Notes: generated by a model from the sequence alone, not told the origin. Shown: positions 24,692 through 38,037, counted from the first letter of the stretch. The stretch is DNA of 64,000 nucleotides from Paraspadella gotoi (GCA_051294375.1 CM119269.1:17992410-18056409), one strand, 5' to 3'. Translations and numbers: made by a program.

Positions 24692-27542
24692 TATGATGGT
24701 TGCCTCGGACGCGAGAGATGGAAAAGATGTCCCGATCGAAAATAAAAAACGAAAGTAGGAAATAGTCAAGAAATAGTCTTGTGTAAAGAAAATCAAAAGG
24801 AAAGGAGAATATATCTGTAAAGTAGCACGTCAGAAAAATAAGACAAAAAAAAGAATATACGAATTTTAGTTTCCGTTTTTATTTTTTATGTGTACGTACT
24901 GATAATTCCTCGTTTTTAAAATATATACATTTACAGTCAGTAGTATAGGAAATTGGTACAACCAATAAAAATACCAATATATTTATACAGTCTTTGAATA
25001 TAGTGCAAGGCTTTTGTTTTTTTATTGCTTAAACGTTTCCTCAACTTCGACACGAGGTGTCACCTCTTTTGGGATCAGTAGCATTTTTGTTTTTCTATAG
25101 CTCTCTTTCCCCGGCTTCCTTATTTCCATAGCAACAGAGGACGACGAGAAATAAACACTTGAGAGTTTTCTCGAGCCTTCGCTCTTTTAATAATACTTGC
25201 TTAGAAATCAAATCCGTTGCTAACTTTGAACTCGGGAGCCATTGATTCGAACATCGACTTCGAATTCAAATTTTCAAATAAACGAACCGGAAAGACTGCG
25301 GAGAATAAAAAACGAATTTACGCAAAATCGTCGACAAAGATCGCGTCACAGTCAAGGAAGTGAAAAATTTACTTGCCAACGAACGGATGAACACACTTTA
25401 AAAACGGATTCATGCAGAAACGAAAAAAGCGGACCAACGTATGATCTGACGGAAAAAGAAAATTTATTCCTTCCGCCTTCACAAAATTAACCATGGAATC
25501 GAAAGAGGGACATTCGACGAGATTCCGTCGAAAATCTGCAAGGAGATGGCGCCTAAATCTATGAGCAGGCCCAAACATTGGAGCGACATGGTGGAGCGTT
25601 TTGTAATTTGACAGAAAAAGTAAAAAAAAATTGTGTGATATTATGAATCCTTGTTTTTCCCTTCTTAATGCATTTTATCACTGTCTATGAATTCAGTCGA
25701 AAACGCGTACAGATTTCAATTGGCCGGATTTAAAGACGAGATAGAATACAAAGCCGTCATGGGTTTTGGTGAGTCATTCTTTAAATAAAGGAAGAATGAT
25801 AAAATAATGTATAATAAATATAAAACCTTACCTCTCAGATTTGGTGGATCGGTGGCCAGAGACCGGGTACGTTAAGAAGCTCCAGCGGAGAGACGGATGT
25901 TCTACTACTACAACAGAGAAAGGAGTAGTGTCCGGAACAAGGAGATACACAAGACGAAAATATACGCTTATTGAGATGAGAAAGAAGAGAAAGGACGAGA
26001 GAAAATTGGGAGGATGGGATAAAGGAGAATGAATTGAATGTCAGGTTGGGTGGTGATGTAGTCATTTCTCGATTCCCATCAACGGTCCTATTTGACTCTG
26101 GTTCGCACGTAAACAAACTCACGGAATTTACTGCCAAATACGGACGGAACTTTTAGTTGTTTTTTTTTTTCGATCGCCGCTTTTATTCAACTTTCTCGAG
26201 AAAATCCGACTCGACGCTTTTTGCTGCTTTTTTAAATATATTATTATTAACAAAAAAAATTGTGGTTTTTATAAATGCTAACAAAACCTATTCGGTAGGG
26301 AAACGAGATTTTTCTATTTAGATATTATTTTTTATTAATTTTTTTTTCTCGCGTTATTCTTTTAGTTTTTGCAAATTGAAATTCTGACCTTTTAAACTAT
26401 TGCAATCTTTTGTTTTTTAAGTCTCCTGGAGACGTTCCCAAGGTACTCTTTCGTTTAAAATTAGAACGAAAACAAAAGATCGATATGTTTATATAAATAA
26501 GTGCATAATATTTAAAAAAAAAATAAAACACTCTCTCTTTTTTAATGGTATGGAGCAATTTTAGAACTAATTGTATTATTAAATAGCTGCAAAGTAGTCG
26601 GCGCGCTTTTTTAAGTTTTGTACATTGACCCTGATTCAAAACAATTTAATATTTATCTTTTTTTTATTACATACGGGAAGAATTTTAAGACATCTATGCT
26701 TTAACAAACAGTTTTTTAGCGCAATTCGAGTGAATTTTTTAAACTATTTGTTTTTTAAAAACTGCCACTCGTTTAGAATAGCTCTTTCACGTCGTTTTCC
26801 GTTTCTACCAATGAGAAAACGAGGTTGAGGGTTATTTGGACCACTGAAAGGCGCGGATCTCTTGTGCCACATATGCATGAGACGAGCGAATCCGGCACGA
26901 AATCGGAGCGAGCAAGTCTGTGGTCGAGAGACCAAAGATAATCGCTTCTCGGAAATTACAATCATTCTATATCTGGACAAATTTGTAATAACTACTGTTT
27001 TTTTTTCGCTTATTTTTTCCCCCTAACTTACTAATTGTTTATTTATCATTTGTTAGTTTCATATGTGTTTTTTAGGTGTTCGCACGTCCACTACAATGAG
27101 TTTAAAATATTAATCAGTCATGTTTTGGGGAAAAAAATGTTTTAAAGTCAAACGTGAATGAGATCGACGAAAGCGATTAAAATTACCGGACGAAAAACAA
27201 CTCGGAAATTGGTTTGAGACGGGCCTTTCTAACCTCCCGCTTTGAATCATGATTACGAGTATTTGACAACGTTTTTTTTATTCGATTCGTCTATTATCTG
27301 AACTTTTGCCGTTTTTATCAAAACAAAAACAAAAAATAAAAGTCGAAAAACAAGTCAAATTCCCCGATTTCGACAAAACCCTTTTTTCTTGTTTTTCGAA
27401 AAAAAAAAAAAAAGATGCCTTGTTAAATTCCTACTTAAAATAGTTTCCCTTCGCAACAAAATATTCTTATCGATTTCTGAATTTTTTGTTATAATTTTTT
27501 TTTTCCCCGTCAGAACCGGATAAATTTCGCGAGAGAAACTCG

Positions 27543-27582
27543 GGACGTCAGACTCAGCATCAGTGAATGCTAGCTGACGTCC
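27543..27582 (+). promoter_or_regulatory. Iron-responsive element (copy in the duplicated segment)
   Basis: Identical to 35045-35084. Confidence 0.75.
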
Positions 27583-27723
27583 GACGGAGGAGTTGATGAG
27601 GGAAAAATCCAAAAGGAAAAAACAGATAAGACTACCCCCCCCCCCCCGTTCGATTGACTTCGAAATCCGGCTATAAAAGCCGAGGACTTCGAGGAAAAAA
27701 AAAGAAGAGATTCCGTCACTGGG

Positions 27724-28918
27724 ATGAAAAATTCCGAAACTAAAAACGGAATGAGGAAAGACGACGACCAAAGCGACGTCTTGGGGAACGTCGATGACGG
27801 CGGCGGTGGCGGCCGCGGGAACGACGATGACACGAAGACGAGCGATGTCTTAGAGAGTAAGTAGAATCGTAAGCAACGAACGTAGTTTGTATTTGACATG
27901 TTTTGACCTTTGGGGTTCGGGACAAGGTGGTTTAAAGTTGAATCATATTATTTTCCGGTTTTTTTTTTTCTCTTTCCATTTATTTAATTTTGAAACTGTT
28001 GATACTTTCAAATCTTCCCATCTCCACTCCCCCTCTTTTCTCCTGACTTCAAACCGCCCTCCACTTTTCATTTTTTAAGGTGATAAAACAAAAGTAGTTT
28101 TTTCCTCGAATCGAAGTCTAAAAGTCAACACGCCCCTCGGTTATTAAAATGGTTATCCAAAAAAGGCTCTCATCTGAAACGCTTGAAGAAAAACTTAACA
28201 TTAAATTTAAAAAAAAAAAAAACAGTGATAAGGATTGACCGTATCGGCGACGGAATTTTTTTAAAGTATTTCAGTATACTGTAGGACTACTCGTAGGTTG
28301 TTATAAGAGGTTAATGGTGTATATTGTATAGTAATATGATAATGACGTTTGACTTCTAATGATAAATCAATGCGGGAGGTCTCTTTAGTTCTCGTTTCTT
28401 TTAAAAATCGATTTCGCATTTAGCTTAAATCAAAGGCCGTTGAGAATAAATTTAAGTGCTAATAAAATAGGAGATAATTAATTTGAGAAACGTATCTTAT
28501 CTCATCTCCGAGTTTTTTTTTAATTTTTTTCTAGCGCTTTGAGGAAGGAAAACAACTAGGTAATAAATTTGGCTTTGAAGGGAATTAAAATCTAGTAAAG
28601 ATCTCATTCTGTAAACGTTCAAGATTGCTTTCTTAATCTTCACGTCATAGATTCACGCTGAGCGAAGTGAAAGAAAAAAACAAAAAGCCAGCCAAGAATC
28701 GCGAATTAAATTCCGCCCTTTTCTTCTTCTCCCCCAAAAGTCTTTTGTTTTTGTTCTAATTCGTGGCGATTTATTTGGCGTTTAAAAAAAAAAAAACCTG
28801 TTTTAAATTCCGAACTCTTTATTTACGAAGTCCTCTTTCATGTTTTTTTTTTCTTTTTCAGTGGCCGACGCTTCGCCCGAGGCGGAGTTCGCACTGAAAC
28901 CCGATTCTCAATTTCAAC
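27724..28918 (+). other. Duplicate of ferroportin coding exons 1-2 (27724-27856; 28862-28918 with indels)
   Basis: Lies in copy 1 of the tandem duplication. The exon 2 copy carries several single-base insertions next to the gap. Confidence 0.7.
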
Positions 28919-29652
28919 GTACAAAATGAAAAACACAACCAAAAAAATAAAAAATCTCTCTCTTTTNNNNNNNNNNNNNNNNNNNNNNNNNCGACGAGTC
29001 GATGACTTCTTTTAACACAGATTTCCTTCTTCTCTTGCTTCTCCGCTTGACCCTAGCAACGGTGAACGACCAACCGCGGGGAGGGGGAGAAAAAGCAGCA
29101 GAAGAAAAAAAAAACTTGCGGAAACCGACCCAAGGTCATGCTTGGTTCGGACCGCTTGGTTCGTCTTCTTGTATTCGGCCAATCAACTCGGTTTTACAGA
29201 GTTCACGATTCGCGGTTCGCTGCCCGATTTGGTCGCGGGGACGATGACCCCAAGAAAATCGTTATAATATCGTTTTCAATGTTGTTGATTTTGATAAGAT
29301 TTCTTTTTTAGATTAATTAACGTTTGAATTTGGATTCAATCGGTAAAATATATACTTAGATTTTTACGTTATGTACGTCAATGATAAATTGAACTGAAAG
29401 TTCGGCAAAGATTTCTTCGAAGCCTAATTCCTTTTTTTTATTTAAAAAGACAACTAAAAGAATCTTTACAAACCATCTCATATTCTTTTTGTATATGGCA
29501 AAAGAAGCATTGGATCTCAGCAACTAGTTTTTTTTTTCAAATTCAAACCAAATTAAACTAAATACACACATCTTTATGTCAGTTTTGACCACGGATTGGA
29601 GGTATTCAGCTGAATAATTGATCTCTGATTATTTTAGCGCGATAGAATTAGT

Positions 29653-29734
<82 letters not shown>

Positions 29735-30419
29735 GAGAGAGAGAGGTCACGTTATGTAAATGCGGCCAGGAAGCGTTTGAAACCCGACAAAAACTCATCG
29801 TCCTCCGTCGTTTGGATTTTGGCGTCTTTCGCGTCGGACGGTGACTAAGAACGACGACGACGACGACTTCGACGAGACGACGACGACCTCGATAGGATCA
29901 GAGAAAAAAAATACGTTTATTTGTACCGTGACAAGATGGATCGAATGACGACAAATGACCTGACAAAGGACCGATCTGACGGAAAAAGAGTTAACCCGAA
30001 AAATTGACCCTAAAATCAAGGAAAATGATAAAAAAAAATTTCCTTCACGTTTAATAAAAGGAGTGACATGACGCGACGACGACGACGACGACGACTACGG
30101 ACAGAAGCGACGAAAATGAAATTAATGCGATGCATACGGTAACAAAAGATTATTAAATTATATATTTTTTTAATATTTTACTATTATCTTTTAAATCGCT
30201 TTCTTAGACGCAGGACAGTTAGAAAAAACCTAATTTATAGCTACCGAGTTTTTATAATGCAGTATTTATTCTTTAAAATTATCTATTTGCCTAATTCATA
30301 TTACTTTTTTAATTGATTGATAAATTGAAATGACAAAAACAAATGTCTGAACAAACGAGGAAATAGAATAGGATGACCCGAAAATGACCCTTAAGAGAGA
30401 GAGAAAGAGAGAGAGAGAG

Positions 30420-30468
<49 letters not shown>

Positions 30469-30476
30469 AGAAGAAA

Positions 30477-30514
<38 letters not shown>

Positions 30515-32076
30515 TTGCCAAAAGTAGGAAATGGGATGGGATGATCGAGGTGGAGTCGACGCACCATTCTTTCATTCTTTCGTTCATTCATTCATTCATT
30601 CATTCATTCATTCATTCATTCATTCATTCATTCATTCATTCATTCATTCATTCATTCATTCCTTCCTTCATTCAATCAATCATTCATTCATTCATTCATA
30701 CATTCATTCATACTTTATTCTTTCTTTATTCTTTTTTCTTTCTTTCTCTCTTTCCATTATTTTTTTCTTTCTCTCTCTCTTTTTTTCTTTCTTTAATTCT
30801 TTTTGCCTAGTATTTCTTTGTTTTGTATGTACTTTTTTTGTTCAACGCGTAATTCGTATTTCCAGTTTAACTCGACTGAGGTCGTCGTCATCGTTATTGA
30901 AGTTGGTCGTCAAGGCAACCACGTCTGAGGAGAGGAATGGAGAAAATAGAGGAGAGAAGTGTGAGAGGAAAGATAGACGTTGAACAGGCTTTGGTGGTTT
31001 AAGGCCTCAATCACTCTTACAAAATAATGACATGACTTGTAAGAGTGATGGAGGCCTTAAACCACCAAAGCCTGTCCAAAGTCAGGGGCAAGATAGCTTA
31101 TATTATTAAATGAATGGATAATTTTTATATTGGTTGTACCAATTTCATAAAATTCAGCTCCTTGTATTTTGATGCTAGTGCGGAGTACAATAAGTATTCC
31201 CCGATCTAATACTTAAGGGAGTGGTCTTTTCATACAATTGAAACATTCTTTGAAATATTTTCCACTTCATTGATAGGGAAGCCAGGTACTCTGGGAGTGA
31301 ATAAACGAGACTGTGAGAGAGTCTTGATTGAAAGCTTGCAGGGACCTGCTATGACATTATCTTGTAAGAGTGATGGAGGCCTTAAACCACCAAAGCCTGT
31401 CCAAAGTCAGGGGCAAGATAGCTTATTTATTAAATGAATGGATAATTTTTATATTGGTTGTACCAATTTCATAGCAGATCCATGCAGGGTCCCTGTTTCT
31501 GAACTATGAGCTGCTCACCACTTATTCGGTCCCTTCATACAAGAAGAAGCCTCAGAGATAACCAATAATCATTCACTCCCCCCCCCCGTCGAATCCAGAC
31601 GCCTCGTTGCTAAGTAACGAGGACGAGACGCGATCTCGCGATATCTGTCTCGGACACGCCCTATTGAGAGTTTATTGTTACAGTTGTTGAGATTGTTGTA
31701 TTAAATAAATAAAATAGTAATCAATTAATTTTTTGTGTATTGTAAAGTTTGCAGGTACATTCTAAATAATGCGGCTTGAGAGGAAAGAAAATATATGAGG
31801 TGCAATTTTTTGCTAAAAGATATATAGTATAAGATGAATGGCCATTTTCAAATTGATAACGAACCCTAAAAAGACTTTAATATTTAAAGAATATTGCTAT
31901 CTTTAAATACGTTGTTTCTTAAATTTCTCTATGTCGCTTTTAGTCACGGCAAATCGAATGGCCACTGCAACTCTCGCATTCTCGGCTTCGATGTCAGCCA
32001 ATGGTTTTATTGCATTTTCGGATTTATGGAATCTTGTCAAACACAGCGGATTGATGGCGGATGGGACGTAAAATGC

Positions 32077-32202
<126 letters not shown>

Positions 32203-35044
32203 TGATGGTTGCCTCGGACGCGAGAGATGGAAAAGATGTCCCGATCGAAATAAACGAAAGTAGGAAATAGTCAAGAAATAGTCTGTGTAAAGAAAATCAA
32301 AAGGAAAGGAGAATATATCTGTAAAGTAGCACGTCAGAAAAATAAGACAAAAAAAAGAATATACGAATTTTAGTTTCCGTTTTTATTTTTTATGTGTACG
32401 TACTGATAATTCCTCGTTTTAAAATATATACATTTTACAGTCAGTAGTATAGGAAATTGGTACAACCAATAAAAATACCAATATATTTATACAGTCTTTG
32501 AATATAGTGCAAGGCTTTTGTTTTTTTATTGCTTAAACGTTTCCTCAACTTCGACACGAGGTGTCACCTCTTTTGGGATCAGTAGCATTTTGTTTTTCTA
32601 TAGCTCTCTTTCCCCGGCTTCCTTATTTCCATAGCAACAGAGGACGACGAGAAATAAACACTTGAGAGTTTTCTCGAGCCTTCGCTCTTTTAATAATACT
32701 TGCTTAGAAATCAAATCCGTTGCTTAACTTTGAACTCGGGAGCCATTGATTCGAACATCGACTTCGAATTCAAATTTTCAAATAAACGAACCGGAAAGAC
32801 TGGCGAGAATAAAAAACGAATTTACGCAAAATCGTCGACAAAGATCGCGTCACAGTCAAGGAAGTGAAAAATTTACTTGCCAACGAACGGATGAACACAC
32901 TTTAAAAACGGATTCAGAAACGAAAAAAGCGGACCAACGTATGATCTGACGAAAAAGAAAATTTTATCCTTCCGCCTTCACAAAATTAACCATGGAATCG
33001 AAAGAGGGACATTCGGACGAGATTCCGTCGAAAATCTGCAAGGAGATGGCGCCTAAATCTATGAGCAGGCCCAAACATTGGAGCGACATGGTGAGCGTTT
33101 TGTAATTTGACAGAAAAGTAAAAAAAAATTGTGTGATATTATGAATCCTTGTTTTTCCCTTCTTAATGCATTTTATCACTGTCTATGAATTCAGGTCGAA
33201 AACGCGTACAGATTTCAATTGGCCGGATTTAAAGACGAGATAGAATACAAAGCCGTCATGGGTTTTGGTGAGTCATTCTTTAAAATAAAGGAAGAATGAT
33301 AAAATAATGTATAATAAATATAAACCTTACCTCTCAGATTTGGTGGATCGGTGGCCAGAGACCGGGTACGTTAAGAAGCTCCAGCGGAGAGACGGATGTT
33401 TCTACTACTACAACAGAGAAAGGGAGTGTCCGGACAAGGAGATACACAAGACGAAAATATACGCTTATTGAGATGAGAAAGAAGAGAAAGGACGAAGAGA
33501 AAATTGGGAGGATGGGATAAAGGAGAATGAATTGAATGTCAGGTTGGGTGGTGATGTAGTCATTTCTCGATTCCCATCAACGGTCCTATTTGACTCTGGT
33601 TCGCACGTAAACAAACTCACGGAATTTACTGCCAAATACGGACGGACTTTTAGTTGTTTTTTTTTTTCGATCGCCGCTTTTATTCACTTTTTTCTCGGAG
33701 AAAATCCGACTCGACGCTTTTTGCTGCTTTTTTAAATATATTATTATTAACAAAAAAATTGTGTTTTTTATAAATGCTAACAAAACCTATTCGGTAGGGA
33801 AACGAGATTTTTCTATTTAGATATTATTTTTTATTAATTTTTTTTTCTCGCGTTATTCTTTTAGTTTTTGCAAATTGAAATTCTGACCTTTTAAACTATT
33901 GCAATCTTTTGTTTTTTAAGTCTCCTGGAGACGTTCGCCAAGGTACTCTTTCGTTTAAAATTAGAACGAAAACAAAAGATCGATATGTTTATATAAATAA
34001 GTGCATAATATTTAAAAAAAAAATAAAACACTCTCTCTTTTTTAATGGTATGGAGCAATTTTAGAACTAATTGTATTATTAAATAGCTGCAAAGTAGTCG
34101 GCGCGCTTTTTTAAGTTTTGTACATTGACCCTGATTCAAAACAATTTAATATTTATCTTTTTTTTATTACATACGGGAAGAATTTTAAGACATCTATGCT
34201 TTTAACAAACAGTTTTTTAGCGCAATTCGAGTGAATTTTTTAAACTATTTGTTTTTTAAAACTGCCACATCGTTTAGAATAGCTCTTTCACGTCGTTTTC
34301 CGTTTCTACCAATGAGAAAACGAGGTTGAGGGTTATTTGGACCACTGAAAGGCGCGGATCTCTTGTGCCTCATATGCATGAGACGAGCGAATCCAGGCAC
34401 GAAATCGGAGCGAGCAAGTCTGTGGTCGAGAGACCAAAGATAATCGCTTCTCGGAAATTACAATCATTCTATATCTGGACAAATTTGTAATAACTACTGT
34501 TTTTTTTTCGCTATTTTTTCCCCCTAACTTACTAATTGTTTATTTATCATATTTGTTAGTTTCATATGTGTTTTTTAGGTGTTCGCACGTCCACTACAAT
34601 GAGTTTAAAATATTAATCAGTCATGTTTTGGGGAAAAAAATGTTTTTAAAGTCAAACGTGAATGAGATCGACGAAAGCGATTAAAATTACCGGACGAAAA
34701 ACAACTCGGAAATTGGTTTGAGACGGGCCTTTCTAACCTCCCGCTTTGAATCATGATTACGAGTTTTGACAACGTTTTTTTTTATTCGATTCGTCTATTA
34801 TCTGAACTTTGCCGTTTTTATCAAAACAAAAACAAAAAATAAAAGTCGAAAAACAAGTCAAATTCCCCGATTTCGACAAAACCCTTTTTTCTTGTTTTTC
34901 GAAAAAAAAAAAAAAGATGCCTTGTTAAATTCCTACTTAAAATAGTTTCCCTTCGCAACAAAATATTCTTATCGATTTCTGAATTTTTTGTATAATTTTT
35001 TTTTTCCCCGTCAGAACTCGGATAAATTTCGCGAGAGAAACTCG

Positions 35045-35084
35045 GGACGTCAGACTCAGCATCAGTGAATGCTAGCTGACGTCC
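35045..35084 (+). promoter_or_regulatory. Canonical iron-responsive element (IRE) in the ferroportin 5' UTR
   Basis: GGACGUCAG-A-CU-[C bulge 35057]-AGCAU-[CAGUGA loop 35063-35068]-AUGCU-AG-CUGACGUCC: CAGUGN loop, perfect 5-bp upper stem, unpaired C, 11-bp lower stem. It is on the sense strand about 140 nt before the ATG. Confidence 0.88.
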
Positions 35085-35223
35085 GACGAGGAAGTTGATG
35101 AGGGGAAAATCCAAAAGGAAAAAACAGATAAGACTACCCCCCCCCCGTTCGATTGACTTCGAAATCCGGCTATAAAAGCCGAGAACTTCGGAGGAAAAAA
35201 AAAGAAGAGATTCCGTCACTGGG

Positions 35224-35353
35224 ATGAAAAATTCCGAAACTAAAAACGGAATGAGGAAAGACGACGACCAAAGCGACGTCTTGGGGAACGTCGATGACGG
35301 CGGCGGTGGCGGCGGGAACGACGATGACACGAAGACGAGCGATGTCTTAGAGA
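35224..35353 (+). CDS. SLC40A1: Ferroportin coding exon 1 (acidic N-terminal extension)
   Basis: MKNSETKNGMRKDDDQSDVLGNVDDGGGGGGNDDDTKTSDVLE followed by A|gtaagt. Phase 1 is compatible with the next exon. Confidence 0.65.
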
Positions 35354-36358
35354 GTAAGTAGAATCGTAAGCAACGAACGTAGTTTGTATTTGACATGTTT
35401 TGACCTTTGGGGTTCGGGACAAGGTGGTTTTAAAGTTGAATCATTTATTATTTCCGGTTTTTTTTTTTCTCTTTCCATTTATTTAATTTTGAAACTGTTG
35501 ATACTTTCAAATCTTCCCATCTCCACTCCCCCTCTTTTCTTCCTGACTTCAAACCGCCCTCCACTTTTCATTTTTTAAGGTGATAAAACAAAAGTAGTTT
35601 TTTCCTCGAATCGAAGTCTAAAAGTCAACACGCCCCTCGGTTATTAAAATGGTTATCCAAAAAAGGCTCTCATCTGAAACGCTTGAAGAAAAAACTTAAC
35701 ATAAATTAAAAAAAAAAAAACAGTGATAAGGATTGACCGTATCGGCGACGGAATTTTTTTAAAGTATTTCAGTATACTGTTGGGACTACTCGTAGGTTGT
35801 ATAAGAGGTTAATGGTGTATATTGTATAGTAATATGATAATGACGTTTGACTTCTAATGATAAATCAATGCGGGAGGTCTCTTTAGTTCTCGTTTCTTTA
35901 AAAAATCGATTTCGCATTTAGCTTAAATCAAAGGCCGTTGAGAATAAATTAAGTGCTAATAAAATAGGAGATAATTAATTTGAGAAACGTATCTTATCTC
36001 ATCTCCGAGTTTTTTTTAATTTTTTCTAGCGCTTTGAGGAAGGAAAACAACTAGGTAATAAATTTGGCTTTGAAGGGGAATTAAAATCTAGTAAAGATCT
36101 CATTCTGTAAACGTTCAAGATTGCTTTCTTAATCTTCACGTCATAGATTCACGCTGAGCGAAGTGAAAGAAAAAAACAAAAAGCCAGCCCAAGAATCGCC
36201 GAATTAAATTCCGCCCTTTTCTCTTCTCCCCCAAAAGTCTTTTGTTTTTGTTCTAATTCGTGGCGATTTTATTTGGCGTTTAAAAAAAAAAAAACCTGTT
36301 TTAAATTCCGAACTCTTTATTTACGAAGTCCTCTTTCATGTTTTTTTTTCTTTTTCAG

Positions 36359-36411
36359 TGGCCGACGCTTCGCCCGAGGCGAGTTCGCCTGAACCCGATT
36401 CCAATTTCAAG
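36359..36411 (+). CDS. SLC40A1: Ferroportin exon 2
   Basis: tttttcag|(M)ADASPEASSPEPDSNFK|gtacaa. Phases 1 and 0 link exons 1 and 3 in frame. Confidence 0.65.
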
Positions 36412-36796
36412 GTACAAAAGTGAAAAACACAACCAAAAAAATAAAAAATAAGGGAGGGTAGAGAACACTTGACTCCCATCGCTATCGCCCCTTTCCAAAT
36501 CTTCGGGACCAAACTTTATTTTGTCGATAACGGAGGCTTTTCCAATTTTTCCAGTACGACTGCCCCACTTAAATAAAGAATAATTTCGGCTAATTACATT
36601 TCGAAATTTAATTCGATATAAAAAAAATGTCGCGAAAAGGGAAGAAAATTGGTTTGGCGGCTTCTTAATCTGCACAGGCCAACAATTTCCGTTTAAAAAA
36701 AAAAAGTTAATGTTTGGGACATAAACTAAAGAAAATAAATAAATAAATAAACATGTATTTTCTAATGTTCCAATGTTCTAATTCGATCTAAATCAG

Positions 36797-37148
36797 ACGG
36801 AATCGGCGTCGAAAGACGAAGATTCTGGACTCATGAATGGCGTCGTTGGTGGCGCCTTGGAAAACGGCGTCGTTGGCGGAGACGGCGCTGACGACGACTT
36901 CGACGATATCGCTTTAGTTTCGGAGACGGGCGCCGGAGTCGGTCGCGACGATGGCGCCCGTCGCAGCGGCGCTCTGCCGGACGTCGTTGATGTGGGAAAA
37001 GTCAGCGTGAAGGGCGCTCCGGCGAACGACGGCGACGGCGGTTGCGCGGAATTCGTCCGTTCCTCGACGCTGCTGCTTTACGTGGGACACTTTCTCGCGT
37101 CATGGGGGGACAGGATGTGGTCGTTCGCCGTCGCCGTGTTTTTGATAG
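36797..37148 (+). CDS. SLC40A1: Ferroportin exon 3 (TM1)
   Basis: LYVGHFLASWGDRMWSFAVAVFLI is the ferroportin WGDRMW signature. Confidence 0.92.
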
Positions 37149-37248
37149 GTGAAACACAATACAAGACATTTAAAAAAGACTAAATAAACAAAGAGATGAA
37201 TAATAAACAAATGGTAAACCTTTCTTCTCTCTCCTCCCCTTACCCCAG

Positions 37249-37593
37249 GCCTTCAAGATGATAGCCTTCGCCTTCCCGCCATTTATGGAGTCTCCGTCGG
37301 CATCACCGCCCTTCTCTTCGGCGCTCTCGTCGGTGACTGGGTTGACGAGACGCCGCGCATGCGCACCGTCGTCACGGCGCTCGTCGTCCAAAACCTCGCC
37401 GTCGCTGCCTGCGCCGGCGTCGTCATGGCTACGCTGTTTCTGGACTCGGAGTTGCGCGACGTCCCCGGAAGTCGAGAGGCGGTCCTGGCGGCGTCGGGCG
37501 AAGCGACGATCATTGCCATCGCGTGTGTCGCCAATCTGGCGTCGACCGCCATCAAGATTGCCATACAGAAAGATTGGATCGTCGTCATTGCAG
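37249..37593 (+). CDS. SLC40A1: Ferroportin exon 4
   Basis: SLRLPAIYG...GALVGDWVD...VVQNLAV...ANLASTAIKIAIQKDWIVVIA, with canonical AG/GT boundaries. Confidence 0.95.
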
Positions 37594-37822
37594 GTTGACA
37601 TGGGTGGGGGAGTTGGAAATTGCTTTAAGAAAAGGAAATGAACAGTGACCAGATAACTAAACTGGATTAGTTTAAATTAGCACCGAAAAAAAACATTTTT
37701 AACTCGTAGTTGTTACAAACAAGACGAATAATTTTATTTATTCGTGATTTTAAATATATTTACTTTGTTCTCTTTGAAGTTGAGCTTGAATGTTTTTTTC
37801 GATTTCCATACAAACTTGCCAG

Positions 37823-38037
37823 GCGGCGCCGACAATTTGGCGCGCATGAATTCGGTGACGCGCGCCATCGATTTGACCGCCAAGATTTTGGCTCCGGTGT
37901 TAACCGGCGTCGTCATGTCCACCGCGGGACACTTCGTCGGCGCCGCCTTCATCGCCGCTTGGAACGTCGTCTCTCTCGGCTTCGAATATTCCATCCTGAG
38001 GAAAGTTTTCGTCGACAATCCGATGCTCAAAATCAAG
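37823..38037 (+). CDS. SLC40A1: Ferroportin exon 5
   Basis: LARMNSVTRAIDLTAKILAP...FIAAWNVVSLGFEY. Confidence 0.95.

Noticed and set aside
37170-37601. Antisense ORFs overlapping ferroportin exons
   Set aside because: They are shadows of GC-rich codon usage on the coding strand.
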